Assembly (NCBI GenBank): GCA_050174015.1
Contig: JBFXKG010000009.1
Coordinates: forward strand, 96,001 to 160,000
Length of the DNA stretch: 64,000 bases
Direction: 5' to 3'
Origin: Candidatus Krumholzibacteriia bacterium
GTDB lineage: Bacteria > Krumholzibacteriota > Krumholzibacteriia > LZORAL124-64-63
The notes under the pieces are model-generated. The model was not told the DNA's origin, ran no database searches, and was given only the letters and a program-made list of their open reading frames with translations. Every line of letters starts with the position of its first letter. Within the stretch, counting starts at the first letter, position 1. A program made the translations under genes and the position numbers. Shown piece by piece: positions 47,106 through 57,682 of this stretch.

Positions 47106-48266
47106 GTGGGTGCGAACCTGTGGCGCAGGACCAAGGGATGGCTGTTCGCCCAGGCGGCCGGGTTGGCGCGCCGTCCCCCCATCGCGCCGGAGGATCTGCT
47201 CGCCCTGCATCCCCGGGCCGTGATCCTGGTCCGGCAGCACAACCAGATGGGCGACATGGTGTGCGCCACCCCGGCCTTCCGGGCGCTGCGCGCGGCCTTT
47301 CCCGAGGCCCGGATCACTCTGGTGACCGCGCCGGTGAACGTCGGCGTCGTCCGCCACAATCCCCACATCGACGCGGTCGAGCTCTTCGCCCAGTCCATGT
47401 GGCGCAGGCCCTGGCGCCTGGCCGCCCTGGTGCGGAGGCTGCGGCGGGAGCGGGCCGAGGTCGCCTTCGTGCTCGCCAGCGTGTCCTTCAGCCTGACCAG
47501 CGCCTGGCTGGCCCTGGCCACCGGAGCCCGCTACGTCGTGGGGGCCGACAGCCGTCCCTACGGTTGGGACGTCAGCCGCCGGGCGTTCTCCCTGGAGATG
47601 CCGGCCGGCCCCCGGCTGGATCGCCACTCCGTGGAACACTCCCTCGCTCCCCTGCAGGCCATCGGGATCACCACCGACGACCTGTCCACGGTAGTCGTGC
47701 CCGCCCCGGAGGAAAGGGAGCGGGCGGCGGGCATCCTCGCGGATCTGGGGTTGCGGCCGGGGTTCTGGGCCGTCCATCCTGGGGCGGGGAAACGGCAGAA
47801 CGTCTGGCCCCCGGACAGGTTCGCCGAAGTCGTGGGCCGGGCGACGGCGGCGGGAGCCCGGGTCCTGGTCCTCCATGGCCCCGCCGATGCATCCGCCCTG
47901 GCCTCCCTGCTGGACGAACTGGGGGGCCGGGGCGGGCAGGCCGTCCGCGTCGCTCCGCCCTGCAGCGTGGGGACGGCCGCGGCGCTGCTGGAACTCGCGG
48001 ACAGGTTCCTGTGCAACGACACGGGCGTCATGCATGTCGCCGGCGCTCTGGGGGTTCCCACCGTGGCCCTGTTCGGTCCCACCGATCCCCTGCTCTGGAA
48101 ACCCCTGTCCCCGGCGGTCGTCGCCCTGCGCGGACGGGCCGGGCGGGATGACCCGCGCGGTGCGGAGTTCGGCTGGATGGAGTCCCTGAGCGTGGACGAG
48201 GTCTGGGCCGCATGGTCGGGGCTGACGGGTCGGTCCGGCCCGCCTCGGACCAGGGAAGGGGCGTGA
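47106..48266 (+). CDS. Glycosyltransferase family 9 (LPS heptosyltransferase-like)
   Basis: MGDMVCATP, HPGAG..WP, CNDTGVMHVA, LFGPT. Confidence 0.9.
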   Translation: MGANLWRRTKGWLFAQAAGLARRPPIAPEDLLALHPRAVILVRQHNQMGDMVCATPAFRALRAAFPEARITLVTAPVNVGVVRHNPHIDAVELFAQSMWRRPWRLAALVRRLRRERAEVAFVLASVSFSLTSAWLALATGARYVVGADSRPYGWDVSRRAFSLEMPAGPRLDRHSVEHSLAPLQAIGITTDDLSTVVVPAPEERERAAGILADLGLRPGFWAVHPGAGKRQNVWPPDRFAEVVGRATAAGARVLVLHGPADASALASLLDELGGRGGQAVRVAPPCSVGTAAALLELADRFLCNDTGVMHVAGALGVPTVALFGPTDPLLWKPLSPAVVALRGRAGRDDPRGAEFGWMESLSVDEVWAAWSGLTGRSGPPRTREGA

Positions 48267-48267
48267 C

Positions 48268-48960
48268 GTGGAAACGACCGTCATCAGGGTGCTCGTCCTG
48301 GTCTTCTCCGTCGTGGTGCACGAGGTGGCCCACGGCTGGACGGCCTGGCGCCTGGGGGACGACACGGCCCGGCGCAGCGGGAGGTTGACTCTCAATCCGC
48401 TGCCCCACCTGGATCCGGTGGGCAGCGTGGTGGTGCCCCTGGTCCTGAGCCTGGCCGGGGCCATTCCCTTCGGGTGGGCGAAACCGGTCCCCGTGGACGT
48501 CCGCCGCCTCAAGGACCCCTGGAACGATCATCCCAAGGTGGCGGCCGCGGGGCCCGCCAGCAATCTCCTGCTGGCGTTGGTCAGCGCGGTGTCCCTGGGG
48601 ATCGTCCTGGGCCTGGCCCTCGCCCGGGACGGCGGGGCTCTCGCCGACGAGGGCCCCAGCTTCCCGAAGTTCCTGGTGGCTCTCCTGCAGACCGGGATCA
48701 TGGTCAACATCGCCCTGGCCATGTTCAACCTGGTGCCCCTGCCCCCTCTGGACGGCAGCTGGATCCTCACCCGCTTCCTGCCCCACGGGGCCCGGGTCTC
48801 CTACGAGAAGCTGCGCGGGACGGGCTTCCTGCCGGTGGTGGGCTTCCTGCTGCTGATGCGCTACACGGGGTTCGGGGACGCGGCGCAGAACGGCCTGATG
48901 GCGATCATCAGGCCCTTCCTTCACCTGTCGCTGGGGTTGGCCGACATGATCGGCGGGTGA
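48268..48960 (+). CDS. Site-2 protease (M50B)
   Basis: HEVAHG, LTLNPLPH, GWAKPVPV, AGPASN, FNLVPLPPLDG. Confidence 0.93.
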   Translation: METTVIRVLVLVFSVVVHEVAHGWTAWRLGDDTARRSGRLTLNPLPHLDPVGSVVVPLVLSLAGAIPFGWAKPVPVDVRRLKDPWNDHPKVAAAGPASNLLLALVSAVSLGIVLGLALARDGGALADEGPSFPKFLVALLQTGIMVNIALAMFNLVPLPPLDGSWILTRFLPHGARVSYEKLRGTGFLPVVGFLLLMRYTGFGDAAQNGLMAIIRPFLHLSLGLADMIGG

Positions 48961-48970
48961 CGCGCGGGCT

Positions 48971-49375
48971 TCAGCTGCTCCGTTGCGGCGACCGGGAGCG
49001 CCCCAGGTGCACGACGCACGACCAGGCGCTCTCGTTCCCGTGGAGGTCCACCGACGTCACCGCGTAGCGGCTGTTCCCCTCAAGGGGGGATGCGTCGATG
49101 AAGGACTCCGCGTTCAGCGGATCCCCGGTCAGGGGCAGGGACCGGTCCTCGAGGAGCAGGTAGACGTGGTAGCCGGCCAGGTCCGGGTCGGTGCGATTGG
49201 GCTCCCAGCCCAGCTTGACCACCCCGGCGGCCCCGACGGCGGTCACGTTGGCCGGGGGCGCCGGCGGGGACAGGTCGATCTCCGCGGCCGGCGCCAGGGG
49301 ATCACCGTCTCCGGAGCACCCGCAGGCCACGATGAGGATCGTCATCAGAAGGGTGGTCGTCGTCCGGTCGCGCAT
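48971..49375 (-). CDS. Fn3-like lipoprotein
   Basis: ACGC lipobox; DLSPPAPP, DLAGYHVY, YAVTSVDLHGNES. Confidence 0.75.
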   Translation of the reverse strand: MRDRTTTTLLMTILIVACGCSGDGDPLAPAAEIDLSPPAPPANVTAVGAAGVVKLGWEPNRTDPDLAGYHVYLLLEDRSLPLTGDPLNAESFIDASPLEGNSRYAVTSVDLHGNESAWSCVVHLGRSRSPQRSS

Positions 49376-49471
49376 GCGTCTTCTCCCAGGGTTTCAGGAT
49401 CCGGAAAGGCCTTCCGTCCGGGGACGGAAGGCCTTGGAGCACCCAGCGGGTGGGGACCGTCTCCGGAGTCG

Positions 49472-49891
49472 TCAGTGGCTCAGGGTTCCCGTGCCATGGG
49501 CCAGGGGACGGGTCACGACGGCCTGGGCCACGGCGCTCTGGTTCCCCGCCAGGTCCACGGCGTAGACGTGGTAGGTGTTGATGCCACGGCAAACGTCAGC
49601 GTCTTCCACGGCCTGGATCATCTGGGGGGTCGGCACGATGGCGACGACGACGCCCGCGTTCTCGCGGGTGACCACGTAGCCGGCCAGGTCGCCGTCCACG
49701 GTGTTCTCGGCCCAGGTGATCACGGCGGCCCCGGCGGCGTAGTCGAACGTGGAGCGCAGATTGGAGGGCACGGCCGGGGGAGCGGTGTCCACCTGGCCGA
49801 CCGAAGTCGGATTGTCGTCGCTGCAGCCGGTGGCCAGGATGCCCACCATGCACATCAGAACCAGGGAAACGATCTTCTTGTTGTTGGCCAT
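49472..49891 (-). CDS. Fn3-like lipoprotein (paralog of 48971..49375)
   Basis: ATGC lipobox; DTAPPAVP, DLAGY, YHVYAVDLAGNQS; AAGGAGG SD. Confidence 0.8.
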   Translation of the reverse strand: MANNKKIVSLVLMCMVGILATGCSDDNPTSVGQVDTAPPAVPSNLRSTFDYAAGAAVITWAENTVDGDLAGYVVTRENAGVVVAIVPTPQMIQAVEDADVCRGINTYHVYAVDLAGNQSAVAQAVVTRPLAHGTGTLSH

Positions 49892-50015
49892 TTTGAGGTC
49901 CTCCTTGGTACTCGCCGGGTTGCCCGATGGTTTTGGTTGTGCGGCCGGAGGGGATCGGTTGCAGTGGCACGGTGTTCATGATCGGCCCCTCCGACCGCGA
50001 CCATGCCGGACCAAC

Positions 50016-50031
50016 TGCAAGGGCAAGGCCA
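50016..50031 (-). promoter_or_regulatory. Candidate sigma54 -24/-12 promoter
   Basis: Minus strand TGGCCTTGCCCTTGCA (GG-N10-GC). Confidence 0.5.
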
Positions 50032-50225
50032 CGGGTTTCAATGATTAAAAAAAAATACAAAAAGCACTAAAAAATCAGATCTTATAAGGAATTTGAGGAA
50101 ATCATGGCCCATACCTGGACCTCTTCGAGGCCTTCGGGGCGTGTCGAGATGCGATGCGGCGGGCGATCCGCATTGCATCCTGCCCGCCGCCGTCCCCGGG
50201 GCCCTCCGTGTATTGCCTTTAGTCC

Positions 50226-50254
50226 TTGACAGCAAAATATTTATGGGTAAGAAT
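50226..50254 (+). promoter_or_regulatory. Sigma70-type promoter of hup
   Basis: TTGACA-N17-AAGAAT. Confidence 0.5.
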
Positions 50255-50312
50255 GTAGCCAAGAGATGATCATCGGCTCGGGAGATGGCCTTTCGCACAG
50301 AGGAGGCATGTC

Positions 50313-50600
50313 ATGACCAAAGCGGATATCGTAGAAGACATTGCTCAGAAGACAGGCCTGACGAAGAAGGAAGTCGCCGAGACGGTCGATCTTTTCCTCG
50401 ATCGCATCGGGGACCTGCTGGTCTCGGGGCACCACCTGGAAATCCGGGGATTCGGGACGTTCAAGGTCAAGGAGCGCAAGGAGCGCATGGCGCGCAATCC
50501 CAGGACGGGCGAAGCGGTTCCCGTTCCGTCCCGCAAGGTTCCGGTGTTCAAGGTTTCCAAGATGCTCAAGGACAAGGTCGCCGGCACCGCCGAAAACTGA
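50313..50600 (+). CDS. hup: HU/IHF DNA-binding protein
   Basis: [23 protein letters not shown]. Confidence 0.93.
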   Translation: MTKADIVEDIAQKTGLTKKEVAETVDLFLDRIGDLLVSGHHLEIRGFGTFKVKERKERMARNPRTGEAVPVPSRKVPVFKVSKMLKDKVAGTAEN

Positions 50601-50806
50601 CCGGCTGGATTTTTCACGCCAGGTTTCCCATAGTGATCAGCACCGGTTCTCCAGGCTCCTGGGGAACCGGTTTGCCTTGCGCGGTCGGGTCGGGTACTTT
50701 CTTGCCCTGGACCGGATCCGACCCGGATCGACCAGGAAGGCCTCCGCCTCGTTCCCGACCTGCCGGGCCGGCCGGGCGAACCCCTGCATCCCAGGAGTCC
50801 CCAGCG

Positions 50807-51847
50807 ATGAAACATCCCGTACTGGATCTGCGCAGCGACACCGTGACGCGCCCCTCCGCGGCCATGCGCAAGGCGATGGCCGAGGCCGAGGTCGGCGACG
50901 ACGTCTTCGGCGACGACCCCACCGTCAACCGCCTGCAGGATGAGGTCGCCGCCCTGCTGGGCAAGGAGGCCGCCCTCTACGTGCCCAGCGGCACCATGGG
51001 CAACCAGCTCGCCCTGAAGGCCCAGACGAGGCCGGGGGACCAGATCGTCCTGGAGGACGGGGCCCACATCTACCGCTACGAGGCCGGGGGCCCGGCCGCC
51101 CTCAGCGGATTGCTGGTGACCTGCGTGAAGGCCCCGGGCGGCAGGCTCGACTGGCCCGAGGTGGCTGCGGCCCTCAACCCCCCCGACAACGTCCACTGCG
51201 CCCCGCCTGCCCTGATCTGCCTGGAGAACACGCACAACAACGCCGGCGGCCGCATCCTCCCCCAGGACAACGTCGTCCGCATCGCCGACGGCGCCCACGC
51301 CAGGGGGCTGCGGGTCCACCTGGACGGCGCCCGGCTCTGGCACGCCCACGTCGCCACCGGGTTGCCCCTCGCCGAGCTGGCGGCTCCGGTGGACACCGTG
51401 AGCGTCTGCTTCTCCAAGGGCCTGGGTGCGCCCGTGGGTTCGGTGGTGGCCGGAGACAGGGACGCCATCGTCAGGGCCCACCGCTTCCGCAAGCTCTTCG
51501 GCGGGGCGATGCGGCAGGCCGGGATCCTCGCCGCGGCGTGCCTCCACGCCCTGGAGCACAATCTGGAGCGCCTCGCGGAGGATCACGCTCACGCCGCCTT
51601 CATCGCCGCGGGCCTTGACCACCCGGCCCTGAAGGTCAATCATCCGGTGGACACCAACATCGTGATCATCGACGTCGAGGGCGCCGGGGGCGATGCGGCC
51701 CTCCTGCGGCACCTGGAAGCCCGGGGCGTCCTCGGCGTGGGCTTCGGGCCGGGCCGCGTGCGCCTGATCCCGAACCTGGACACGCCCGCCGACGCCCTGG
51801 ACCGCGTCGTGGGGGCCCTCAATTCCTTCCCGGGGGCGGATGCGTGA
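50807..51847 (+). CDS. ltaE: Low-specificity L-threonine aldolase
   Basis: [41 protein letters not shown]. Confidence 0.94.
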   Translation: MKHPVLDLRSDTVTRPSAAMRKAMAEAEVGDDVFGDDPTVNRLQDEVAALLGKEAALYVPSGTMGNQLALKAQTRPGDQIVLEDGAHIYRYEAGGPAALSGLLVTCVKAPGGRLDWPEVAAALNPPDNVHCAPPALICLENTHNNAGGRILPQDNVVRIADGAHARGLRVHLDGARLWHAHVATGLPLAELAAPVDTVSVCFSKGLGAPVGSVVAGDRDAIVRAHRFRKLFGGAMRQAGILAAACLHALEHNLERLAEDHAHAAFIAAGLDHPALKVNHPVDTNIVIIDVEGAGGDAALLRHLEARGVLGVGFGPGRVRLIPNLDTPADALDRVVGALNSFPGADA

Positions 51848-53190
51848 AGATCGTCATCGTCGGCGCCGGCTCGGTCGGATTCCACCTCGCGGCGACCATC
51901 ACCCGGCGCGAGCACGACGTCATCCTGGTGGAGAAGGATCCCGCCCTGCTCGACCAGGTGTCCGAGCACCTGGATTGCCGCCTGGTCCTGGGCAGCGGGG
52001 TCAGCCCGCAGACCCTCGGCGAGGTGGGCATGGGCAACTGCGGCCTGTTCGCGGCCGTGACGGACAAGGACGAGATCAACATCATCGCCTGCCAGACCGC
52101 CCACGCCCTCGGGGCCAAGGTCAAGGTTGCCCGGGTGCGGTCCGAGGAGTACTACCAGGATCACCGCCTCCTGCTGGACGGCATCGACCTGGCCATCAAT
52201 CCGGACCGCGAAGCCGTCCACGCCATCCGCGAGATCCTGCTCCAGACCGGCGCGACCGAGGTCCATGACCTGGCGGGCGGCAAGGTCCGCATCATCGGGG
52301 CCCGCGTGGAGGCGGATTCCCGCGTGGAGGGGCAGACCCTGTCGGACATCAACAAGTCCCTGGGCAAGTCCATCGCCCTGGTGACCACGATCGTGCGGGG
52401 TGACACCACCCTGATCCCGCGGGGGAACACGCGCATCCTGGCGGACGACCAGGTCTTCATGGCGGGGCCCCGCAGCGTGGTGGACCGTTCCCTGATCTAC
52501 TTCCGCAGCAGCAGCCGGCGGCTGACCCGGGCCATGATCGTCGGGGCCAACGGCATGGGCCGGGAACTCGCCCGGGATCTGCTGGCCGCGGGGGTCAAGG
52601 TCAAGATCGTCGACCGCAACGAGGAAAAGTGCCGCCTGGCCAGCGAACAGCTCAGGGGCGCGCTGGTGCTCCACGGGGAGGGCACCAACAGCGAACTGCT
52701 CGACAGCGAGGGCATCCGCGAGATGGACGGTTTCGTGTCGGTGAGCGGCGACGAGGAGACCAACATCATGGCCTGCCTGCTGGCCCATCACCTGGGGGCG
52801 GGCAAGACGGTCTGCCTGGTCAACCGTTCGGACTACGTGCCCCTGCTGCCCATGCTGGGAGTCGATGCGGCGGTCTCGCCGCGCCTTTCCACCTCGGCCT
52901 GGATCGCCCGCTTCGTCAAGCGGGGCGCGGTCATCAGCGCCGAGAGCCTCGGTTACAGCGGCGCCGAGATCCTCCAGCTGAGGGTGGGGAAGAAGTGCAC
53001 CTGGCTGGGCCGCAAGCTGCAGGAACTGGAATTCCCGCCCGACGCCATGATCGGCGCCGTCCTCCAGCACGGGCGCGTGCTGACGCCCCGGGGCGACACG
53101 GTGCTCAAGGCCGGGGACGAGGTGGTCGTCTTCGCCCTGCCCGACCGGGCGGCCGCCGTCGAGGACTTCTTCGCGGGCGGGCATCCGTGA
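51844..53190 (+). CDS. trkA: Trk K+ uptake regulatory subunit
   Basis: Two RCK_N/RCK_C pairs; GAGSVG, DEIN, DEETN. Confidence 0.93.
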   Translation: MKIVIVGAGSVGFHLAATITRREHDVILVEKDPALLDQVSEHLDCRLVLGSGVSPQTLGEVGMGNCGLFAAVTDKDEINIIACQTAHALGAKVKVARVRSEEYYQDHRLLLDGIDLAINPDREAVHAIREILLQTGATEVHDLAGGKVRIIGARVEADSRVEGQTLSDINKSLGKSIALVTTIVRGDTTLIPRGNTRILADDQVFMAGPRSVVDRSLIYFRSSSRRLTRAMIVGANGMGRELARDLLAAGVKVKIVDRNEEKCRLASEQLRGALVLHGEGTNSELLDSEGIREMDGFVSVSGDEETNIMACLLAHHLGAGKTVCLVNRSDYVPLLPMLGVDAAVSPRLSTSAWIARFVKRGAVISAESLGYSGAEILQLRVGKKCTWLGRKLQELEFPPDAMIGAVLQHGRVLTPRGDTVLKAGDEVVVFALPDRAAAVEDFFAGGHP

Positions 53191-54635
53191 ACCTCAGGGC
53201 GGTCGTCAAGGTCCTGGGCTTCCTGATGCTGGTGACGGCCGTCTGCCTGCTGCTGCCGGCGATCGTCTCCCTCCTGTACGGCGAGGGCGACTGGGTCTGG
53301 TTCCTGGCCGCGGCGGGCATCGGGTCGGCCGTCGGAGGGGTCCCGCTGTTCCTGCTCAGGGGTGCGCCCGACCTGCGGATCCGGGAGGGCTTCGCGGTGG
53401 TGGCCCTGGGCTGGCTCTGCGTCGGCCTGCTGGGCGCGGTGCCGGGCTGGCTCAGCGGGCAGATGCCCTCGTTCACCGACGCGGTCTTCGAGTCCATCTC
53501 GGGCTTCACCACCACCGGGGCCACCATCCTCACCGACATCGAGAGCCGCACCCACGGCACCCTGTTCTGGCGGGCCCTGACCCACTGGCTGGGGGGCATG
53601 GGGATCGTGCTGCTGGCCCTGGCCATCCTGCCCCTGCTGGGCGTGGGGGGGATGCAGCTCTTCCGGGCCGAGGTCCCCGGTCCGGTGGCCGAGCGCCTGA
53701 CCCCGCGCATCCGGGAAACGGCCAAGCTCCTGTGGGGGGTCTACTTCCTGCTGACGGTCCTGGAGATCCTGGCCCTGGTGGCCGCCGGAATGAGCTTCTT
53801 CGACGCCTCCTGCCACGCCTTCGCCACCATGGCCACGGGGGGATTCAGCAACCTCAACGCCAGCGTCGGCGGCTACGCCAGCCCTGCGGTGGAATGGATC
53901 GTCATCGTCTTCATGATCCTCGCCGGCACGAACTTCTCCCTGCACTACCTGGCCCTCACCGGCCGCTGGCGGATCTACGGCCGGGACGAGGAATTCCGCT
54001 TCTATGCGGGGATCATCCTGCTCTGCACGCTGCTCTTGACGGCGGTCCTGGCGCCCATCCACTTCTACGGGTCGACCGGGGAGACCGTCCGGCGGGCGAT
54101 GTTCCAGGTGGTTTCCATCCTGACCACCACCGGTTTCGGGACGGCCGACTACCTGCAGTGGCCCCCGCTGGCCCACGCCCTGCTCCTGGTGCTGATGGCC
54201 GTCGGCGGATGCGCCGGCTCCACCGGCGGGGGCATCAAGGTCATGCGGGTTTTGATCCTTTTCCGCCACGCCAAGGTGGAATTGCGGCGGATCCTTCATC
54301 CCCGGGCCGTCTTCACCCTCTGGTTCAACGACCGGCCGCTGTCGCCGGCCGTCCAGACCAACGTGCTTGGCTTCTTCCTCCTCTTCATGCTTGTTTATGT
54401 GGGCGGCGTCCTGATCCTGACCCTTGGCGGCCGGGATCTGGTGACCAGCGTGGGGGCGACCGCCGCCACCCTCGGCAACATCGGACCCGGGCTGGGCCTG
54501 GTGGGGCCGGCCGGCAACTACGCCGGGCTGCTTCCCTGGGAGAAGTGGCTGCTGATGCTGTTCATGCTGATCGGCCGGCTCGAGATCTTCACGGTCCTGG
54601 TCCTCTTCCTGCCGGGCGCCTGGCGGCGCAGTTGA
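53187..54635 (+). CDS. trkH: Trk K+ uptake membrane subunit
   Basis: FESISGFTTTG, WLGGMG, ATGGF, TTTGF, GSTGGGIK, GNIGPG, GRLE. Confidence 0.94.
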   Translation: MNLRAVVKVLGFLMLVTAVCLLLPAIVSLLYGEGDWVWFLAAAGIGSAVGGVPLFLLRGAPDLRIREGFAVVALGWLCVGLLGAVPGWLSGQMPSFTDAVFESISGFTTTGATILTDIESRTHGTLFWRALTHWLGGMGIVLLALAILPLLGVGGMQLFRAEVPGPVAERLTPRIRETAKLLWGVYFLLTVLEILALVAAGMSFFDASCHAFATMATGGFSNLNASVGGYASPAVEWIVIVFMILAGTNFSLHYLALTGRWRIYGRDEEFRFYAGIILLCTLLLTAVLAPIHFYGSTGETVRRAMFQVVSILTTTGFGTADYLQWPPLAHALLLVLMAVGGCAGSTGGGIKVMRVLILFRHAKVELRRILHPRAVFTLWFNDRPLSPAVQTNVLGFFLLFMLVYVGGVLILTLGGRDLVTSVGATAATLGNIGPGLGLVGPAGNYAGLLPWEKWLLMLFMLIGRLEIFTVLVLFLPGAWRRS

Positions 54636-54677
54636 CGGCCGGGGCCGGTCCCCGCGAATGCAAGGAGCGACGGAATC

Positions 54678-55556
54678 ATGGCGGACGACAGGCTCGAACT
54701 CTCACGGCCCGAGTGGGCCCTGGATCCCACGCTGGCCGCCGACAGGTGCGCCGAGTTCATCCGCGGGGTCCTGGACCGATCGGGGCACGGGCGGCTCGTG
54801 GTGGGCCTGTCCGGCGGGATCGACTCGGCGGTGGCTGCGGGCCTGGCGGCACGGGCGATCGGTGCGCAGAACCTGCTGGGAGTCCTCATGCCTTACGCCA
54901 CCAGCTCGGCGGCCTCGGTCGCCGACGCCCAGGCGGTGGCCGAGACCCTGGGGATGCCCATCGAGACGGAGCCCGTCACGCCCATGGCCGACGCCTTCCT
55001 GGCGGGGATTCCGGCCAACGAGAAGGTCCGTCGGGGCAACGTGATGGCCCGCTGCCGGATGATCGTGCTCTATGACCGGTCCGTCCGCGAGCAGGCCCTG
55101 GTCCTGGGCACGGGGAACCGCACCGAGAGCCTGCTGGGCTACACGACCATGTACGGGGACAACGCCTGCGCCCTGAATCCCGTCGGCCAGCTGTACAAAA
55201 CCGAGATCCGGCTGCTTTCCCGGTGGCTGGGCCTGCCCGAGGCGCTCTTGCGGAAGGCTCCCAGCGCGGACCTCTGGGAGGGGCAGGCCGACGAGGACGA
55301 ACTGGGGGTGACCTACGCCGAGGTGGATCGCCTGCTGCACCACATGGTGGACCGGGGGCTCGGCCGCCAGCAGCTCGCTTCGCTGGGCTTCGCACCGGAC
55401 CTGGTGGACCGCATCGCCCGGCGGGTGCGCGGGATGGCCTTCAAGCGGCAGACGCCCCCGGTGGCGCAGATCCCCGGGAGGGTCGATCCGGACCGGACGG
55501 AGATTCCCGCCCTGGCCGAGGAGGGCGGCGGCTTCGCGGACGGGGGCTTCCATTGA
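54678..55556 (+). CDS. nadE: NH3-dependent NAD+ synthetase
   Basis: GLSGGIDS, GNVMARCRM, GTGNRTE, KAPSADLW. Confidence 0.93.
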   Translation: MADDRLELSRPEWALDPTLAADRCAEFIRGVLDRSGHGRLVVGLSGGIDSAVAAGLAARAIGAQNLLGVLMPYATSSAASVADAQAVAETLGMPIETEPVTPMADAFLAGIPANEKVRRGNVMARCRMIVLYDRSVREQALVLGTGNRTESLLGYTTMYGDNACALNPVGQLYKTEIRLLSRWLGLPEALLRKAPSADLWEGQADEDELGVTYAEVDRLLHHMVDRGLGRQQLASLGFAPDLVDRIARRVRGMAFKRQTPPVAQIPGRVDPDRTEIPALAEEGGGFADGGFH

Positions 55557-56281
55557 TCACCCTTCAGGTCCCCGAGCAGGACGTCCCCGGGGGGGTCTGC
55601 CACTTCGTGGCGACGCCCATCGGGAACCTGGCCGACATCGGCCTGCGGGCCCTGGGGGTCCTGGCCGGGGTCGACGTGATCTACGCCGAGGACACCCGGC
55701 ACACCCAGAGGCTGCTCCAGCGGTACGGGCTGAGGGTCCCCCTGTCGTCCTACCACGACCACAACAAGGTCCGCGCGGTGCCGCTCATCGTCGAGCGGCT
55801 GCGGGCCGGCCACCGGGTGGCCGTGGTCAGCGACGCGGGCATGCCCTGCATCAACGATCCGGGCTTCACCCTGGTCCGGGCCCTGCAGGAAGAGGGCCTG
55901 CCCTGGACCGTGATCCCCGGCCCTTCCAGCACCCTTGCCGCCCTGGTGCTCAGCGGATTCTCACCGGACAGATTCCTGTTCGTGGGGTATCCTCCCCGCA
56001 AGAAGGGCCAGCGCCGGACTTTCCTGGAGGATCTGCTCGCCGAGCGGGGAACGGTCCTGATGCTGGAATCCTGTCACCGCATCGTTTCGACCCTGGAGAT
56101 GCTGGCCGAGGTCGCCCCCGGGCGCCCGGTCGCCGTCGCCCGGGAAATCACCAAGTTGCACGAGGAGACCCTGCGGGGCACCCCCGCGGAGGTCCTCCCC
56201 CTGATGACCGGCCGGCGCCTCAAGGGTGAACTGGTGCTGGCGCTTCAGGGCAGCGGGGGCAAGACGCCTCGGGAGCCGTGA
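55553..56281 (+). CDS. rsmI: 16S rRNA (C1402-2'-O)-methyltransferase
   Basis: VATPIGNLAD, AEDTR, VSDAGMPCINDPG, REITKLHEE. Confidence 0.93.
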   Translation: MITLQVPEQDVPGGVCHFVATPIGNLADIGLRALGVLAGVDVIYAEDTRHTQRLLQRYGLRVPLSSYHDHNKVRAVPLIVERLRAGHRVAVVSDAGMPCINDPGFTLVRALQEEGLPWTVIPGPSSTLAALVLSGFSPDRFLFVGYPPRKKGQRRTFLEDLLAERGTVLMLESCHRIVSTLEMLAEVAPGRPVAVAREITKLHEETLRGTPAEVLPLMTGRRLKGELVLALQGSGGKTPREP

Positions 56282-56919
56282 TGGACTTCGCCGCCTTCAA
56301 GAAGAACGCCCGGAGCCGGGTGCGCCCGGTGGTCCTGTCCCTGGACCGGATGGGCATGACGCCCCTGGGAGTCTCGATCACCGGCCTATTGATCACCGCG
56401 CTGAGCGGGTTGATCGTGGCGCGGGGCAGCCTGTTCTGGGGGGCGGTCGTGTTCCTGCTGGGATCGGCCTTCGACATGCTGGACGGCGACCTGGCCCGCC
56501 TGCAGGGGACCGTGTCGGCCCGGGGCGCCTTCCTCGACTCCTGCTTCGACCGCCTGGGCGAGGCCTTCCTCTTCGCCGGGCTGACCTGGTACTTCGCCAC
56601 CCGGGAGGGTGGCGCCCAGCCGTTGCCCCTGCTGCTGATCACCGGGGTGGTCGTGGGCAGCCTGACCACCAGCTACGTGCGGGCCCGGGCCGAGGGCGTG
56701 GGGGAGACCTGCACCGTCGGGTTCCTCCAGCGGACCGAGCGGGTCATCCTGCTGAGCGCCGCCATGTTCCTGGGGCGGTGGGCCCTGGTCCCGGTGCTGG
56801 CCTTCCTGGCCGTGGCCACCCTGTTCACCACGGCGCAGCGCATGGTTCACGTCGCAGCCAAGCTGAGCGGTCCCCGGCCCCGGGCCGGTTCCCCGGCGGG
56901 GGGGGAGGACCGGGAATGA
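56281..56919 (+). CDS. CDP-alcohol phosphatidyltransferase, PI(P)-synthase-like
   Basis: DMLDGDLAR..GAFLDSCFDR, SYVRARAE, GFLQRTER. Confidence 0.88.
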   Translation: MDFAAFKKNARSRVRPVVLSLDRMGMTPLGVSITGLLITALSGLIVARGSLFWGAVVFLLGSAFDMLDGDLARLQGTVSARGAFLDSCFDRLGEAFLFAGLTWYFATREGGAQPLPLLLITGVVVGSLTTSYVRARAEGVGETCTVGFLQRTERVILLSAAMFLGRWALVPVLAFLAVATLFTTAQRMVHVAAKLSGPRPRAGSPAGGEDRE

Positions 56920-57587
56920 AGGTCGCCGCGGAACGTCCCGGGGCGTCCGATCACCGGGGCCTGCTGATCACCTTCGAGGGTCCCGAGGGCAGCGGCAAGA
57001 CCACGCTGATCCAGGCCATCACCCGCCGTCTGGTCGCCGCCGGGGAGGAACCCCAGCTGCTGCGCGAGCCGGGCGGGACGGACATCGGGGAACGGATCAG
57101 GAACATTCTGCTTGATCCTGCGTCAGAAGGCATGGCGGCCGAGACCGAGCTGCTCCTGATGGTGGCCAGCCGGGCCCAGCTGGTCAGGGAGAAGATCAAC
57201 CCCGCCCTCGAGGCCGGCATGATCGTCCTGTGCGACCGGTTCGCCGACGCCTCGGTGGCCTACCAGGGTTTCGGCCGCGGGCTGGGCGAGAAGACGGTGC
57301 ACGAGCTGAACGCCTTCGCGCTGGGCGGGACCGTCCCCGACCTGACGCTCCTGTGCCTGCTGCCCCCGGCCGAGGGCCAGGAGCGCCTGACCGAGCGGGT
57401 GCGCGACCGGCTCGACGCCGAGAGCCTGGAATTCCACCAGCGGGTGTACGAGGCCTACCAGGGGATGGCGGCCGCGGGCGATTTGCGTTTTAAAGTGGTG
57501 GATGCCTCGGCATCCCCGGAAGGAATGCTGGAGCAGGCCCTGGGGCACCTGAAAAGGTTGGAACACGGATTGCTTAAATACCTTTAA
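56916..57587 (+). CDS. tmk: Thymidylate kinase
   Basis: FEGPEGSGKTT, REPGGT, CDRF, AYQG. Confidence 0.94.
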   Translation: MKVAAERPGASDHRGLLITFEGPEGSGKTTLIQAITRRLVAAGEEPQLLREPGGTDIGERIRNILLDPASEGMAAETELLLMVASRAQLVREKINPALEAGMIVLCDRFADASVAYQGFGRGLGEKTVHELNAFALGGTVPDLTLLCLLPPAEGQERLTERVRDRLDAESLEFHQRVYEAYQGMAAAGDLRFKVVDASASPEGMLEQALGHLKRLEHGLLKYL

Positions 57588-57682
57588 CCGTTGCCGCACC
57601 CGAGCCCCCCGCCGGCCCGGAGCCGGATCCCGGCCGACCCTAACATCCCTGGCGACGGGGAGTTGCCGTAAAGGAACAAGCC

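Noticed and set aside
50600..50800. Hairpins after hup (ACCGGTTCTCC...GGGGAACCGGT) as a possible riboswitch for ltaE
   Set aside because: No glycine or other aptamer consensus seen; probably a terminator or stabilising stem.
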